Assembly (NCBI GenBank): GCA_965153455.1
Contig: OZ234493.1
Span: forward strand, 23,550,213 to 23,614,212
DNA: 64,000 bases
Direction of reading: 5' to 3'
DNA from: Sphagnum compactum
Taxonomy: Eukaryota
Part shown: positions 39,183-52,155 of the stretch, piece by piece
Numbering within the stretch: position 1 is the first letter of the stretch
Layout of the letters: the number at the start of each line of letters is the position of its first letter
Made by a program: the position numbers and the translations under genes
The notes under the pieces: generated by a model
Told to the model about the DNA's origin: nothing
Databases searched by the model: none
What the model saw: the letters and a program-made list of their open reading frames with translations, nothing else

Positions 39183-41749
39183 GTTGCTTGAGTGTTCAAA
39201 ATCAGGTTTTTCAGGTCAAAAGATTTCAAATGCTAATAAGCCTTGCTAACTCCCTTAAAACAAGGCAGATTATATGCTAATGGTTATTTTTGAAAATTCA
39301 AGCCTAAAATCCACTCTTAACTTTCTCCCCTTTTTGTCCTGATCAAAAGTGAATTGTTTCTCCTTCCGAAAATCACTCAACACAGAAACTTATGGGGATA
39401 TGCTCACACTGAAAATCCTCAATTGAGGACCAATGAGTTACCCTAGAGCCTGAGGGTTTTGCTATGGAGTTGCCCTATGAGCAAACCCGGTGCTGCATTT
39501 AACTCAGTACCACTGTTTAGTGTCTGCCCCTTTGTACAAGGACTGTTGATGTTTTACTTTAAAGTGGAATGAATTAATAAACAGCTGGGCCAATAGGTAC
39601 CCCATGCTCTCAGGAATGGGCTATGAGCCCAGGCCAAAAATGATGCCGAACACTGAAAAACCTCTTAGAAACTTTGTAGTGTTTGTGGACAGCACATATT
39701 ACAATGCGTAATATTTCCTCTGCTCACAAGCGGGTGTGAGCAGGCATGACCAATGGTATTCTGATTTCACAGTGGGCTTTAAGAAAACCTAAATCCACTC
39801 ACTTTCATTTGTGCGTTCATTTTTTTTATGCCATGTCTCACGCCTATGGGTGAGGGCATTCCCAGAATTGGGCTTGCACTTAGCTTCATCTCGCATTCGG
39901 TATGCCCTTGTCCTTGAGCTTTACCCAACATGTAAAGACCTCCATGGATTTTTCTAGTATATTTAGAGAGTGCATTGCAAAGCATAAAAAGTCTGTATGA
40001 ACTGCTCACAAAGTGCCCGCATTCTTTTTCCTGAGATGCCCTGTCATTTTGTTCCATGATACCCAGCAGATACCCATTGGATACCTTTTGAGTATCATTA
40101 AAACAAAAAAAGAGTGCCATCTTTACGCTTGAGAAAGCCCTCAGTGGTGAGCTTCACTGGAATCATGCTCGGCTCAGCTCAGGCTCTCATGGGCTGTTAT
40201 TCCTGGGCTTTACCCTACACTATTAGTAATGTAAATTCCACACAGGCAAAGAGGAGCAGACAAGCCGAGTCTGTTTCGCCCCTACGCCCTACCCAGCCCT
40301 CCGCCGGGCATTTGGAAAACAAAAATAAAATTTAATTGAGATTTATTCCTGGCTGCTGGTATGTGTGGGACGCTAGTTTTCAGGCTTTGTTTCTATTTTT
40401 TGGGCTCCGTGTCCCTAGTCCTCGGTACCCTTCCCGCGCGCTGACGGGAGTTTTGGTGCTCGGCAAATTGTGGCAATTTGTTGGTCTTTTTCCCGCGGGG
40501 TTGTGAATTCGGGGGCATGTGAAAGCAGAACACTGCGATTGCAGGAATTTCGGGGGTCTTATGTTGGGAAGGAGACGTGGCATGCCAACTTTGACATTTT
40601 GAGAAATTGGTGGCATTTGAAGCTTCTGTGATTCCGGAAGAAATTTGTGGCATGTGAAGTTTGTTAATCAGGCAGAAATTGAGGGCAGTCTTCTTTGATG
40701 ATTTTATAGCTATAGCGACTCCTGCGTTTTTGTACGAACGAAATCGGTTTCGTGAAAGCAAGAGTGATAGCATCTTCGAGTTTTGTTTCTCGCACATTTT
40801 GAGGTAACTTGGAGTCTTTTTCTCACATTTTGAGGGAACTTTTGGCGGCATCGTTCGTCGACCGTCACTAGGCGTTCTCTTACTCTTGCATTGCTCGTGA
40901 ATATCAGTTCCTTCGTGTTTAACATTGTCTAATTTTGTGATGCGTTCAATGTAACTCGCATTTGTCTGTTCTTTTTCATTATTTGATTGTCTCCAAGTTA
41001 ATATTTTTGATTGTCGTATCTTCACTATATTCGTGATCCAGTGCAAAACAAATATGTTGTTTCAAAGTCGACCTCGGTTTTGCAGCCTGGAGATGAGCTA
41101 GTCCTCGAGTTTGCTCCATTGAACATTCTTCTTCACCTTCGTCGCTCATCCACCAAACTTCAAATCGAGATAAAACCTCTGCGTTGCAAGACGCAATAGC
41201 AAGAGAGCAAACCATGTAGTAGCAGCTAGGGGTACCTTGGGGAAATTTACTTCCCGTCCTTTGTACCTTATGTAAAGGTGGCGTGGGAAGGAGCTACACA
41301 GGAAGAAGTCTAACTGTAACATTCTCGGCATTTTTGTTTTCCGAAAGAAATTCGTCGCGGTGTCGAACTGCGAGACATTGTGCCCTCTATCCGGAGTCTA
41401 GACGACTTGTATCTGCACTACTCCTGCATCCATACTCTCGTCCTTCACCTCCGTATGTGTGTTCCAGAATTTGCATTAAAGAACCAATTCACCGCTTCTG
41501 AATTGTTAGGGCAGTCTTTACCATTTCTCCTCGGTTCCAACTCACGATGTTATGCAACAGAGCTGAATCTCGTTGCTTCATAATGCTATCACGGCGGCTA
41601 TACACTCATCGTCAGGTTCAAGCCTTCACTTGGCACTTCTGATATCACAGATGTATGAATGTTTGTTGCACGAGAAGCTTTCAGAGCGGAAGCGGATAGT
41701 GCTTGACGACAGTTAAGAGTGTTGTTCTCATCCTTAGAGCATGTCGCGC

Positions 41750-41776
41750 GCACACAAACACACACACACACACACA
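41750..41776. repeat. (CA)n microsatellite in the kinesin upstream or leader region
   Basis: cacacaaacacacacacacacacaca. Confidence 0.9.
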
Positions 41777-42278
41777 GATGGAACCTGACTAAGTGTCGCA
41801 TCTTTCTTCGAAGGCGAAGAAATCTAGATCCATCTCTACTGTTGCGCCATTAGCATGATTACAGTGGTTTCTTTGTTCAACATCTGTGTATAGGCCGAGC
41901 ATGACGATTTGTTAGTTGTCTGCTGCAAGGCGAGTGATTCTGAAGTCGCAGGTTGCATCAGCTTTTTCGAAACCGAACAATTTCCTTTTAACACTTTTCT
42001 GATGCATTTATGCAGGTTATCTGCGAGACTTCCACGGGAACTGGATGTATATTTACATGAATGACTGACTACAACACTGCTGGCAAATCTCGATGAGCTT
42101 CAAATCTCTTCCACAACCTTCCACCACCAAATTCTGCAGGAGCGACCGGAACAATCATGGATACCCCGTTTCGCAGAAAGTGTCGACAAGAGGGAGTCTT
42201 GTGAATTTTGTTTTCTGAGCACTTGACGAGCTAGACTGGATTTCACTCTCTGGGGGGGGTGGAGAGGGTATGTGTCAA

Positions 42279-45200
42279 ATGATGATGCGGAGTATTCGAC
42301 CTCCGGAATCCAAACAAGCAACCACCTTGCAGGTAGATATCTGCACTATCACGGTCTAAAGTCTGATATGCATGAAGAGTAGATTTGTTTATAGATTTGA
42401 CCTCATTTCAGCTTGAAGAAAGTCGTAGTAGGAACATCACATTTGACTTCACTTGGTGCATGACCCTTGTATTTCAGGTAGCAGTGAGATGCCGTCCGCT
42501 CTCAGCCAAAGAGAAGCTCAAGACTCGTGACATTCTCCGTGTTGTGGATGGCAAGGTTAGCCTCACACCACATGGACAGCCATTGCTCTCTAATAATGTT
42601 ATGTGGGAAACCAAATTTTTCCTGTAGATTTTGTTCTGAGTGCAGGCTTATAATTTTCTGAGAGAAATAAATTCAATGTGACATCATTCTTATACCTTCA
42701 TGGCAATCTGCCACAACCTTTGATCTGAAATGCTTGTGTGTATTGGCAGGTCATAGTGGTTTTGGATCCTGATTTATCAAAGGAATATCTAGATAGGGTG
42801 CAAAATCGAAGCAAGGAGAAAAAGTATGCATTTGATGTTGCATTCGGTCCAGAATCTACAAATGAGGTACCTCTCCTGAGGTGTGCAACATTTGTTATTC
42901 AGATTGTGGGCATGAATATAGCTATACATGCTCAGGAACTGACCTACATAATAAATTGTCTTATCAGGATGTTTACAATGCCACAGTTAGCTCCATGGTT
43001 GAAGGGGTGGTACGGGGCCTTAATGCCACAATCTTTGCTTATGGTGCTACTGGAAGGTGCTCTACATGACCCCTACAGGAAAGGTCGACACTGCATAACT
43101 AATTGAGATGTGTTTCAGACTTTGTTCAAGCTCCATGTTTTCTAACATTACATCCTTTCAATTTCCTACACAATTGGTGAATGTGTACATAACTTGTTCT
43201 TTTCTCAATTGCAGTGGAAAAACACATACCATGGCTGGGACAATAGAGGATCCAGGTCTCATGGTCCTTAGCTTGCAAGCAATATTTGCTCTCATTACAA
43301 AACAGGAATCTGAATATGAATTTGAGGTCACTGCCTCCTACCTGGAAGTCTACAATGAGGTGCCAAGCACCTTAAACCTACTGATCATTGAGCACATCCC
43401 TGCATTTATGGAGTAGGTTGGATCACCAAAAGGCAAGAAGGCAGAAAATGGTTTAAGAGATACACCAGTATGCTTTGTACCATCAGTGGGAATGCATCAA
43501 TACCATTCTGCAAAACTCAAGAATTGAGTCTACCACCCTCGAATTTTGTAGGTGATATATGACTTGCTGGAGAGCTCATCCGGCCACCTAGAGCTTCGAG
43601 AGGATCCTGATCAAGGCATCACAGTTGCTGGACTCAAACGCATTCAGGTCAACTTCATAATTTGTGCCCTATTTCTTGACAGCATTGTGAGGCAGTCAAT
43701 GTGGAACAATGTACCCTTGTTATGATGGGACACTTATGCGCTGCAATGAACAACACCACATAATTACACAGCATTTGTATTCAACTGTAGCCTTAATACA
43801 CAAACTTGCTAACTTGCTCATACTGTGCAGTTTAGAACCAAGTGAAACACCTGTATGGGTTGCTGCTGTCCTGGAGCCTACAGTATTCTGTAGGTTAAGG
43901 CACAACTCCTGGTTTTTTCAGGGTTCAATGAATTTGCTCATGATGAGCTTGAATTTGGGAAGTCTTGTGCCTTTGACTTGTTGTGCATTGATGACAACAG
44001 GTGTGCTCTGCTGAGAAGATTTTGGAGCTCCTCACCCAAGGAAATTCTCGGCGTAAAACTGAGAGTACTGATGCCAATGCCACCTCATCACGGTCAGCTG
44101 TAGATTACTTGAACAATTCTTTCCTTCTTTCACATTTTTGCAGCTTATGTAGAAAGTGGAGTACTGTCCAGAAAATGACTTTGGATGGTGGCTTATGTGA
44201 AACACCAGTTCTCATGCGGTCATGGAGATAATTGTCAGGAGAAGGCAGCGTAACCAATATCGTCCCCATATTGTCAAAGGCAAGCTAGCCTTGGTGGACC
44301 TGGCTGGCAGGTTGGTTAAGCTTGCAGTTCAACTTTTCTCATAGTATCCTGCCTAGAATACATCTCAATGACTGCTACATCTACTGATGGGAATGAGAGG
44401 GCAAATATGTGTCCAGAGCTCACACAGTCAACTCAAATCCTTGGGTTCTCTGATAGCATTACCTTAAACTGAATAGGATGTTATTAGGGTTCATGACATC
44501 GTCTGACAGTCTTTCTTTCTATTTTGCAGTGAAAGGGCCTCAGAGACAAACAATGCTGGGCAAAAGTTGAGGGACGGTGCCAATATTAACCGTTCATTAC
44601 TTGCTTTATCCAATTGCATCAATGCACTTGGCAAGCAGCAAAAGAAAGGTCTTGCTTATGTTCCATACCGCAACAGGTTTGTAAAAGTTCCTTGATATTT
44701 CTGGGTGTTGAAAATTGTTGAAAATTTCTGTTCTGGAAATGTCCATTAATTACAAATACCGAAGTGCCTGCTGCTGTTTGATGCATTTCCTCCTTTGGGC
44801 AAAATGTGGTTGTATTTAGCTCTGATGACACTTGTCTCTGACCAATGTTTTCTCTTGCAAGCTTTGCAATATCACAGAAATTGAATGGTGGGTTGTCCAG
44901 TACAAGAGTGGGTTCAACATAGGCTCAGAGTCCAGACACCAAGACCTGTTGTGGCTGTCTGATAGCTGTTTTGTTTTTGCAGCAAATTGACAAGGCTTCT
45001 GAAGGATGGCCTCAGTGGAAACTCTCGAACTGTGATGGTGGCAACTGTCTGCTGTGGTGCAGACCAATATCACCACACAACAAACACTCTAAAGTATGCA
45101 GATAGGGCCAAGGAGATCAAGACCCACATTCAGGTACCAGAAACTTGCTTTTGAAATGCTCACACAAAACTTTTGATAGAAATCCCTGGTATCACACCAA

Positions 45201-48200
45201 TCATGGCAAAAGGTTAGTTTTCCAAGTGACCAATTTGAGAGGGCTAATGTGGGTCATGCTCCCTGTATGGAGTAGGTTTGCACCAAGTGGGGTTTGTGAA
45301 AGGTGTCTTGAACTTGTAATATATGCATGAATGCATGTTTTCCAGGCATTAATGGGTGAGGATCCATCTCCCATAAGCCAACCAGTTAGAAGTTCAGGCC
45401 CAAGGATCATTGCACGACGCATTCGAGAGCGTGCCAGCAACAGCATCGAATCACCTCAGGGTGCCAGTTACATCGAAGTCAAGGGTGCCAATGTCAGTCT
45501 ATTTCTGTGATCAATTCCATCCACACATACAATTTAGGGAGATGATATACAACTTCAATTCTGGTCAGGCTAGCTGCATGAGAGGCCAGTGAGATGCAAA
45601 CATGTGACATGAAGTTGATACAGTTTGGGTTGCCTTTCAAGTGTCTATTGCACCTTTTTAAGGAGTTTCATGTGAAGCTTTTCAGAGGTTTTTCATTTAC
45701 TCTGCTGCTCTGTTTACAGACAAATGTTGGTACAGTGGATGCTCATGTGGCTGACTACCAACAAATGATAGACAATCTCCAGGTTATAGCCCCTTCTTGA
45801 CTCTTTGTATACACATGGTCATACATGTCACTGGAGCTTTTGCTCTAGTCTTTGACAGTTGTACAAATTCAAGGTTTTTGTGTTCTGAAGCCACACATAT
45901 ACCCAGGTCTATGTGGACATGAGTTGCAATGCTTTCTGGCTTTCTCCCTCTGTGTTGACAATCAGGTCTTTTCTTCAATCAATTTTTCTGAAAATTAGAT
46001 CTTGTATACAGGTTGAGGTGACACAGTTAAGGAGAGAGCTAGCAGACAAGGAAACCCAGTTGAGTGCACGCACACCAGAAAAAGAGAAATTGGCTGATGA
46101 TGAGCTTTCTTGGCTTGATGTACTGAGCCATGATATCAATGAGAATGTTCAAGAGAGGATAAACTTGCAGAAAGCACTGTTTGAGCTTGAGGACATGAAT
46201 TTGCATAATCGAGCAGAGCTCCAACAACTTGATGATTTGATTATGAATCTGGTAATAACATCTCATGTGTCACAGTACTTATATTTATCATCATACCTGG
46301 GGCAGTGAAGAACTAAGAGAACTTGTACAGTAAACAAAGTTCATGATCATCTGAGCAACCATTGGAAACATAGAAATCTGTAGGTCATCCTCTGTCTTCT
46401 AGACAATTAAGGTATCATATTAGCACAGCACTAATCCTGCATCTTGCCTTGGTAACAGACTATAAGAAGGATTGGGGAGAGGGAGGAGGCACTTGTTGAA
46501 AGACGGCAGGTAGTTCTGGACAATATCCGAGATAATGATGAGGCAGCAACCCATTATCGTCAGGTTGGTTTTGTCAGATTGATACAAAGCAGTCTTTCCA
46601 TTTGGAGTCATGGACTTCGTCATTTGTTTCCTTCCCATCCAAGTTCATGTTTTACTTTCACACCACAAATGAAATTCAACCCAGTATGGATCAAACTGGC
46701 TGACATTGTTGGTCTCTGCTATCTTTTCAGGACATTGAAAATAATGAGGCACAGAGAAAGGAACTACAACGGCTCATTGATGAGGCCATTGACACTGACC
46801 ACAACAAAACATTTCTGCGCATTCTTAGCCAATATAGGCTACTGGTAAGATTGCTACTTTATGCACAATGTCAATATCAAGCTTCACCAGAGCCAAGCAA
46901 GTCTACTGTTGGTTCTGAAGTTCCATCTTCCATGCCACCTGAAGCAGGAATTGTTGTTCCAATGGTTTGAACTCTGTTTTGAATTAGTCACAAATATAGT
47001 AAAATTAGTTTTTCTGTGTCCTATATGATTTTGTGCAGGGTATGAAAAACATGGAGCTCCAATTTCAAATGGCCATAAGAGACCAGATTATACATGACCA
47101 ACGAGAAGCGGTCAGCAATCTGTGGTTGGTTCTTGAATGCTCTGGACTGGATCATGAAGAGATTTTAGAGATAGCTGCTCAGCAAGGCATTATAATAGAG
47201 GAGGGTATAATCCCCATGGTGGCAGGGCATAGCCATGCACCCTCCACACCAATACCAATTTTGCACAAACAACCTATCCTGAACACCAGCTCTGGTAGGT
47301 TTCCAACTCTGGGGCAGCAACAGACTGGCCCTGACACTAATATGGTGCCTGAGTATAGAAACCAGGGAAGTAGACCTGGATGTGAAGAAGGTGATACAGC
47401 CACTTGTTCTCCAAAGACCACACGTGATGACTGGAAGAATCTGTCACCCCGAGGAAATGGTGAACAGCCACAGTTGGGGTTTATTCCATCTTGGCTTCAA
47501 CCTTCTACCTATTGGACTTGTACAGATTCCTTAAGAGTAGGTCTTGGTCATGTAAATGGTGATGGCATAGGCTCCTATACTCCTGAGAAGCTCAGGTTGT
47601 CGAGAACCCCATGGTCAGTTGATAGTGCATGCTCAGGAAGGTTGGGCACTGTCCATATAGACACATCGAGTGGTGGAAATATGATGGTAAATGATCCACT
47701 GCTCCCTGCAACAAATGAGCATAGAATATTGACTCCATCAAGGTCCAGGCGAAGGCCACGGTCAGCAGAGAGTGAGCACCAGCGCCGGTGGTTGCATGAA
47801 AGGGATGGCAGTACAACTGGGATTGATGCTGGGAGTGAAGGAAGTGAAACTGAAGACTTTGACCACTCCAGGGTTGAAACCCAAGCGAGGGCTCACCTTC
47901 AGAAGGTTGAGGGAGGTTCACACCTGTCTATCGACAATCACTTGCTTCGCAAGGTAATCAGCATCTGTATCTAGGCTGTGCGTTATTACAACAAAGTATT
48001 TGATTGGTAGGTTCTGTGTAGGGTGTAATTGGTTTGCTTTCTGGTTGCATTTGCATCCATATGTAGCCTGCTTTGAGGATTTTGTGCTTGCACTTCTCTG
48101 TAATGTTACAGGTACCTAGTTCAATTCCAATACCTGATTAATCTTGTGTTTTGAACATTGGTTTAATTTCTCTACAGGAATTGTCACGATTGGATAGTGA

Positions 48201-48717
48201 ACTTCAGGATCTGAAACGAGGGATCAATCAAAAAACCACTTCATTGCTGAATGGCTCCAAAATACATGCAAGTCCAATGCACTCCACAGATTTCAAGAAC
48301 ACGAGGCGACCAGTAACTTGGACCAGCACATCAGCACCAAAGCTGACTGTAAATCAGGTTATCTCCAATGGAAGTCAAGCATCTGCTCCAATCACACTGA
48401 ATATATATAGTCCAGTGATGCATAGCAGTGGAAGAGTCCACAGGAATCAATACACCCCTTTCTCTGTGTTTAGTACACCTCCATTGTCAGATGTGCAACC
48501 ATGGAAGCAGGTAGGATCAGATGACCAAGGTGGTGTGGGGTTGGAAGAGGCAATTTCAGCCAAAGTTTTGCAACCAACTCAATCAGATTTAAATGAATCA
48601 TACAATGTTGTCAATAGTAGAAAGCCAACTTTGATTGACCAGAGGAGGTCGAAGTTTGAAAATCTACCAAATGGTGTATGCCATGTGTCGACAGGAAATG
48701 CTGCTGAATGGAAGTAG
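42279..48717 (+). CDS. KIN8B: Kinesin-8 family motor protein (KIN8B-like), about 1015 aa, 16 coding exons
   Basis: Phase-consistent GT-AG exons: 42279-42332, 42478-42555, 42750-42866, 42968-43056, 43215-43359, 43552-43647, 44001-44092, 44209-44310, 44530-44676, 44983-45133, 45720-45782, 46012-46251, 46459-46563, 46731-46844, 47039-47953, 48178-48717. Motifs [63 protein letters not shown] and [12 protein letters not shown]. Confidence 0.96.
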
Positions 48718-50424
48718 CAGGAAGGGCTGGGCCCAGAATTTTCATTCACATTTGGTGCTACTTGGCTTCCGTAATTATAGAATTAACTCCACAATCTTTA
48801 GGCATGACCTTTCCACAACAAGAAGGACTGGAACGCTAATGTTGGGAATGGATCGATGATTGAATGGCATAATTCAATCAGCAAGGAGCATGCATCCTTA
48901 TTGAGTTGCTTTGCTCAAATTGTAAAGAAATACTAAAATTGTAAGGATTACTGCCTCTGCCGACTGCGCCTGCCTGTGTTATACATGGGGCGGTTGCAAA
49001 CTCCTGCAAATCTGCTCTCATGAATACAGCTATGAAATGCAGGAGAAGAATTTCTGGAGCCAACATGAGGAAGAAGGGTTTCCGAATTTGTAGTCAAAAG
49101 AATATGTGATTCAACATCATGAGAAGGCCTCTTAAGCAGGGATGATGAGGTAAGATGTCCTAAGCTTCAATTTGCAACATAACAGTAGTCTTGACATGTG
49201 TACAATAGTCAAGACATGCTGCCATAATGGGGATTTCATGCTCGTCTGAACCTCCTTCTCTGGACCTTTTTAAGAGCTGTCCAGTAGTAAGGTACCTCTT
49301 GATAACCAGTCTCATCCCACAGGAGTCCAATATCATCAGCTGTCATCAATAGGTGGGCCATTCCCAACCCAGTCCATTTGGTCTCTGTTGGAGCTTCTCC
49401 ATGGAAAAGGTAAGAGACGTGATCTGTTGTGGCATGTGGGGTCATTGTTGAGCAGAACCACAGCACATCTGAAAAGGAGAAGCATCAAATGAGGCCACAA
49501 AAATTTGTGAAATTTGAGGATCTTCACATATGCTCTCTCTCTGTGTCTCTTTATGTATGTATGTAACATATATGTAAAGAATTTTTTTGTCTGGCTGGTC
49601 TAGACTTTAGGCCACATAATAGACAGAAGAGCTTCAATTGTATTGGATTTCAAAGTCAAGCTGAACAAGTGGTGTGTGTTTTGATCATCATGTTGGATCA
49701 AAAAACTTTATTTGCCCTTCAGAGTCTTGGAAGGTCCAACTTGGTTGCGAAACAACCCTCTGCTCCATGAACAGTTGATTGGTCCCACAGTACAGAAAGA
49801 ATCCTAGACTATTTCTGTATGTGTGGTGGGTGAGCTACTGATGAAGAGCACAGAGACGATGTGCTCCAGGTGAACTGAAAAAACTTCTCATCTTTCATAT
49901 GCTTTAGAAAAGTGCACATCGGAGAGTGGCAACTTTGAGGGTGGTGGGGTTTTGTCCTCTTGGCAGCCTATGATCCTTTTTGACATTGTGGGTATGTTGT
50001 ACTTCGTACTGAAAAGTATGTACAACAAACCCCAAAAAAATCTGCTTTGTTTATCCCTGGAATGAGATGCTTAAGAGAAAACCTTCTCTCCAAAGAAGCC
50101 AGACAAATAACAGTCTTGGACAGAGAGGTCTCAAGCCAACAGACTCTTGAGAAAATGGTGACAAAATACACTGATTTTCAGATGGAAACACTGGGAGCCC
50201 AACCCCTAGAAAGACATTGGAAGTACGGCTCAGAGAATAAACAGAATTGTACACTGTGAGTAAAAAAGTGGGGGTTTCTTTGACGTTTCACCGAGGTGAA
50301 AGTGTAGTGAGAGCCCATTCTGGGACCTTAGGACATCAAAAAAGCTTCTGGGTTCAAACCCAGTGGAGTACAAGTGAAACTCCTGCCTGCGCTCTGCCAA
50401 TGAGCTTGACTTGAGGGTACCAAC

Positions 50425-52155
50425 CAGTGTTGGCCGATTATTGCTTTTTGACCCGGTTATCATCCTGGGTCCAGATTCGGGTACCAAATAACCTACCTAC
50501 CGGGTCTGAGATTTAGGAATACCTGGGTAGAAACCTACCTGGCTCAGTCTGAACTTTTTCAATACCCATTCATAGCCTGTTTATAGGGTATTACTTTGAA
50601 AAAACACCTAGGTCGGTTATTCATTCAATCTTCATCCATTTAATTTCTTCATCCATGTATATTTGTTCATCCAAAAAGTTCCATCCATTTAGGTTTTGTC
50701 TTTTTGGCCTAAACCCTAAACCTATAGCGGTGAAACTATCATTCACAAGCTTACTTGTTCAACAACTTTGCCTTTCAGCAATGGCATTCTACAACATTCA
50801 CATCTTGTAGCATGATGATTTATGAGTGAATGGCTGTCAACTTCAATGATGCTATTTTTCTTCAATGTTGTGAGTTTTGAGCATTGGGAGAAACTTGACA
50901 TTTTGTTGGTTATGTGCTCAAATTGCTGGAACATTTTGGTTTTGAAATTCTTGGAGCATCTTGGTTTTGAAATTTTTATTATAGAGTTGTCTTAGATGTA
51001 TCTTGGGGTTTATTAAATCCAATCTCACAATTTAAACTTTTTGTTGAGTCCATGTGATTCATCAAATTCATGCATTGTTACCTACAGAACTATAAAAGTT
51101 GGGAGCAACCAGTCTGCACACTAATTTTTTTCATATCATTTACTTTTTTGATTTCGAGTTCCTTGTTGCCCACTTGGGCTGTTGTGAATCTTGGCATTAT
51201 TGAATCTATTACAAGTTTGTGTTTTTTGTGTAGGGAGCATTTTGAATGAACAAGCTTGGAGCTTAGGAATTATTGGAGTAACTATGCAAAGTGTTGATCT
51301 TCAACATAGACCTACACCTGTAACCAATTGGGGTCACAATCATAAAGGCCCTAAACTCATTAATCTTCATATTCAGCATAAATCTAAGGAAAGAATCTTG
51401 AACCAGTCTTGGAATCCTAGTTGATTATATATGGATTTTGTTTGAACTCAAGCTATGTAGCCATTAGAGAGAAAGTGGAACATGTGAAAAGTTTAGAGGA
51501 AGCTCCCTCCATCCGACAACTATATAGCAAACATTGTGGACATAAATAACAAACATTGTGTGGGTCACTGATAGGAGGTATGACAACATTGGGAAAATTG
51601 GCAAAGGTGGCAACACTGAGGAATTTGTACATGACGAACTATCAAGGCAATATCCTAGCTTAAAAAAGAAGCTCACAATTTGGGGTAAACAATATGATAA
51701 TCTGATCATCATGTTAATCCAAATCTGTGGAGTAGTAATAAAGGAGGGAAATAAGAAAGTTTGTTTGTTGCTTTGACTCAATATACCCCAATTTGTCTTC
51801 AGTCTTCACATTTTTCTTTATATGTAAAGCATTCTAGTTCACTTTGCACATCAAATGAAACGAATAAAAATGATAGAAAATTTCCAACTTAATAACCTAC
51901 TCAAAACCTTCCAATATTGGCCGATTCTCAAACCGATTATTGCAAAAATTGACCCTTATAGATACCAGGCAATTCTTGCTCGCACAAAATAAAGTAATAC
52001 TAATAACCGGATCTGACTTTGTCACAATGTTGATTCTCGATAGGTGTCAGAAATTTGGATTTTTTTTTCAATACCCTGTGTGTAAGTCAGAAATTTAATT
52101 TTATAAATAACCAGCCCGCCGGATATTGAAAAAAATCAATAACCGGCCAACACTG
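50425..52155. mobile_element. Internally degraded hAT-type element
   Basis: TIR cagtgttggccg (from 50425) / cggccaacactg (to 52155). TSD gtaccaac / gtaccaaa matches at 7 of 8 bases. A decayed minus-strand stretch at 50743-50934 (LINHHATR..) weakly recalls the hAT V.TRWNS region. Confidence 0.82.

Noticed and set aside
39779..40120. 113-aa minus-strand ORF with a faint PPR-like look in another frame
   Set aside because: No complete motif could be built, so it is too weak to call.
40393..41046. 217-aa minus-strand ORF
   Set aside because: It is antisense to the T-rich probable kinesin leader, has a non-ATG start and shows no recognisable domain.
45256..45275. Partial resemblance to miR160 (gctccctgtatg)
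   Set aside because: The match is short, lies in a kinesin intron, and has no hairpin partner.
50705..50725. Telomere-like ctaaaccctaaacc as a telomerase RNA template or interstitial telomere
   Set aside because: Only about two units, inside a hAT element, with no USE/TATA promoter seen.
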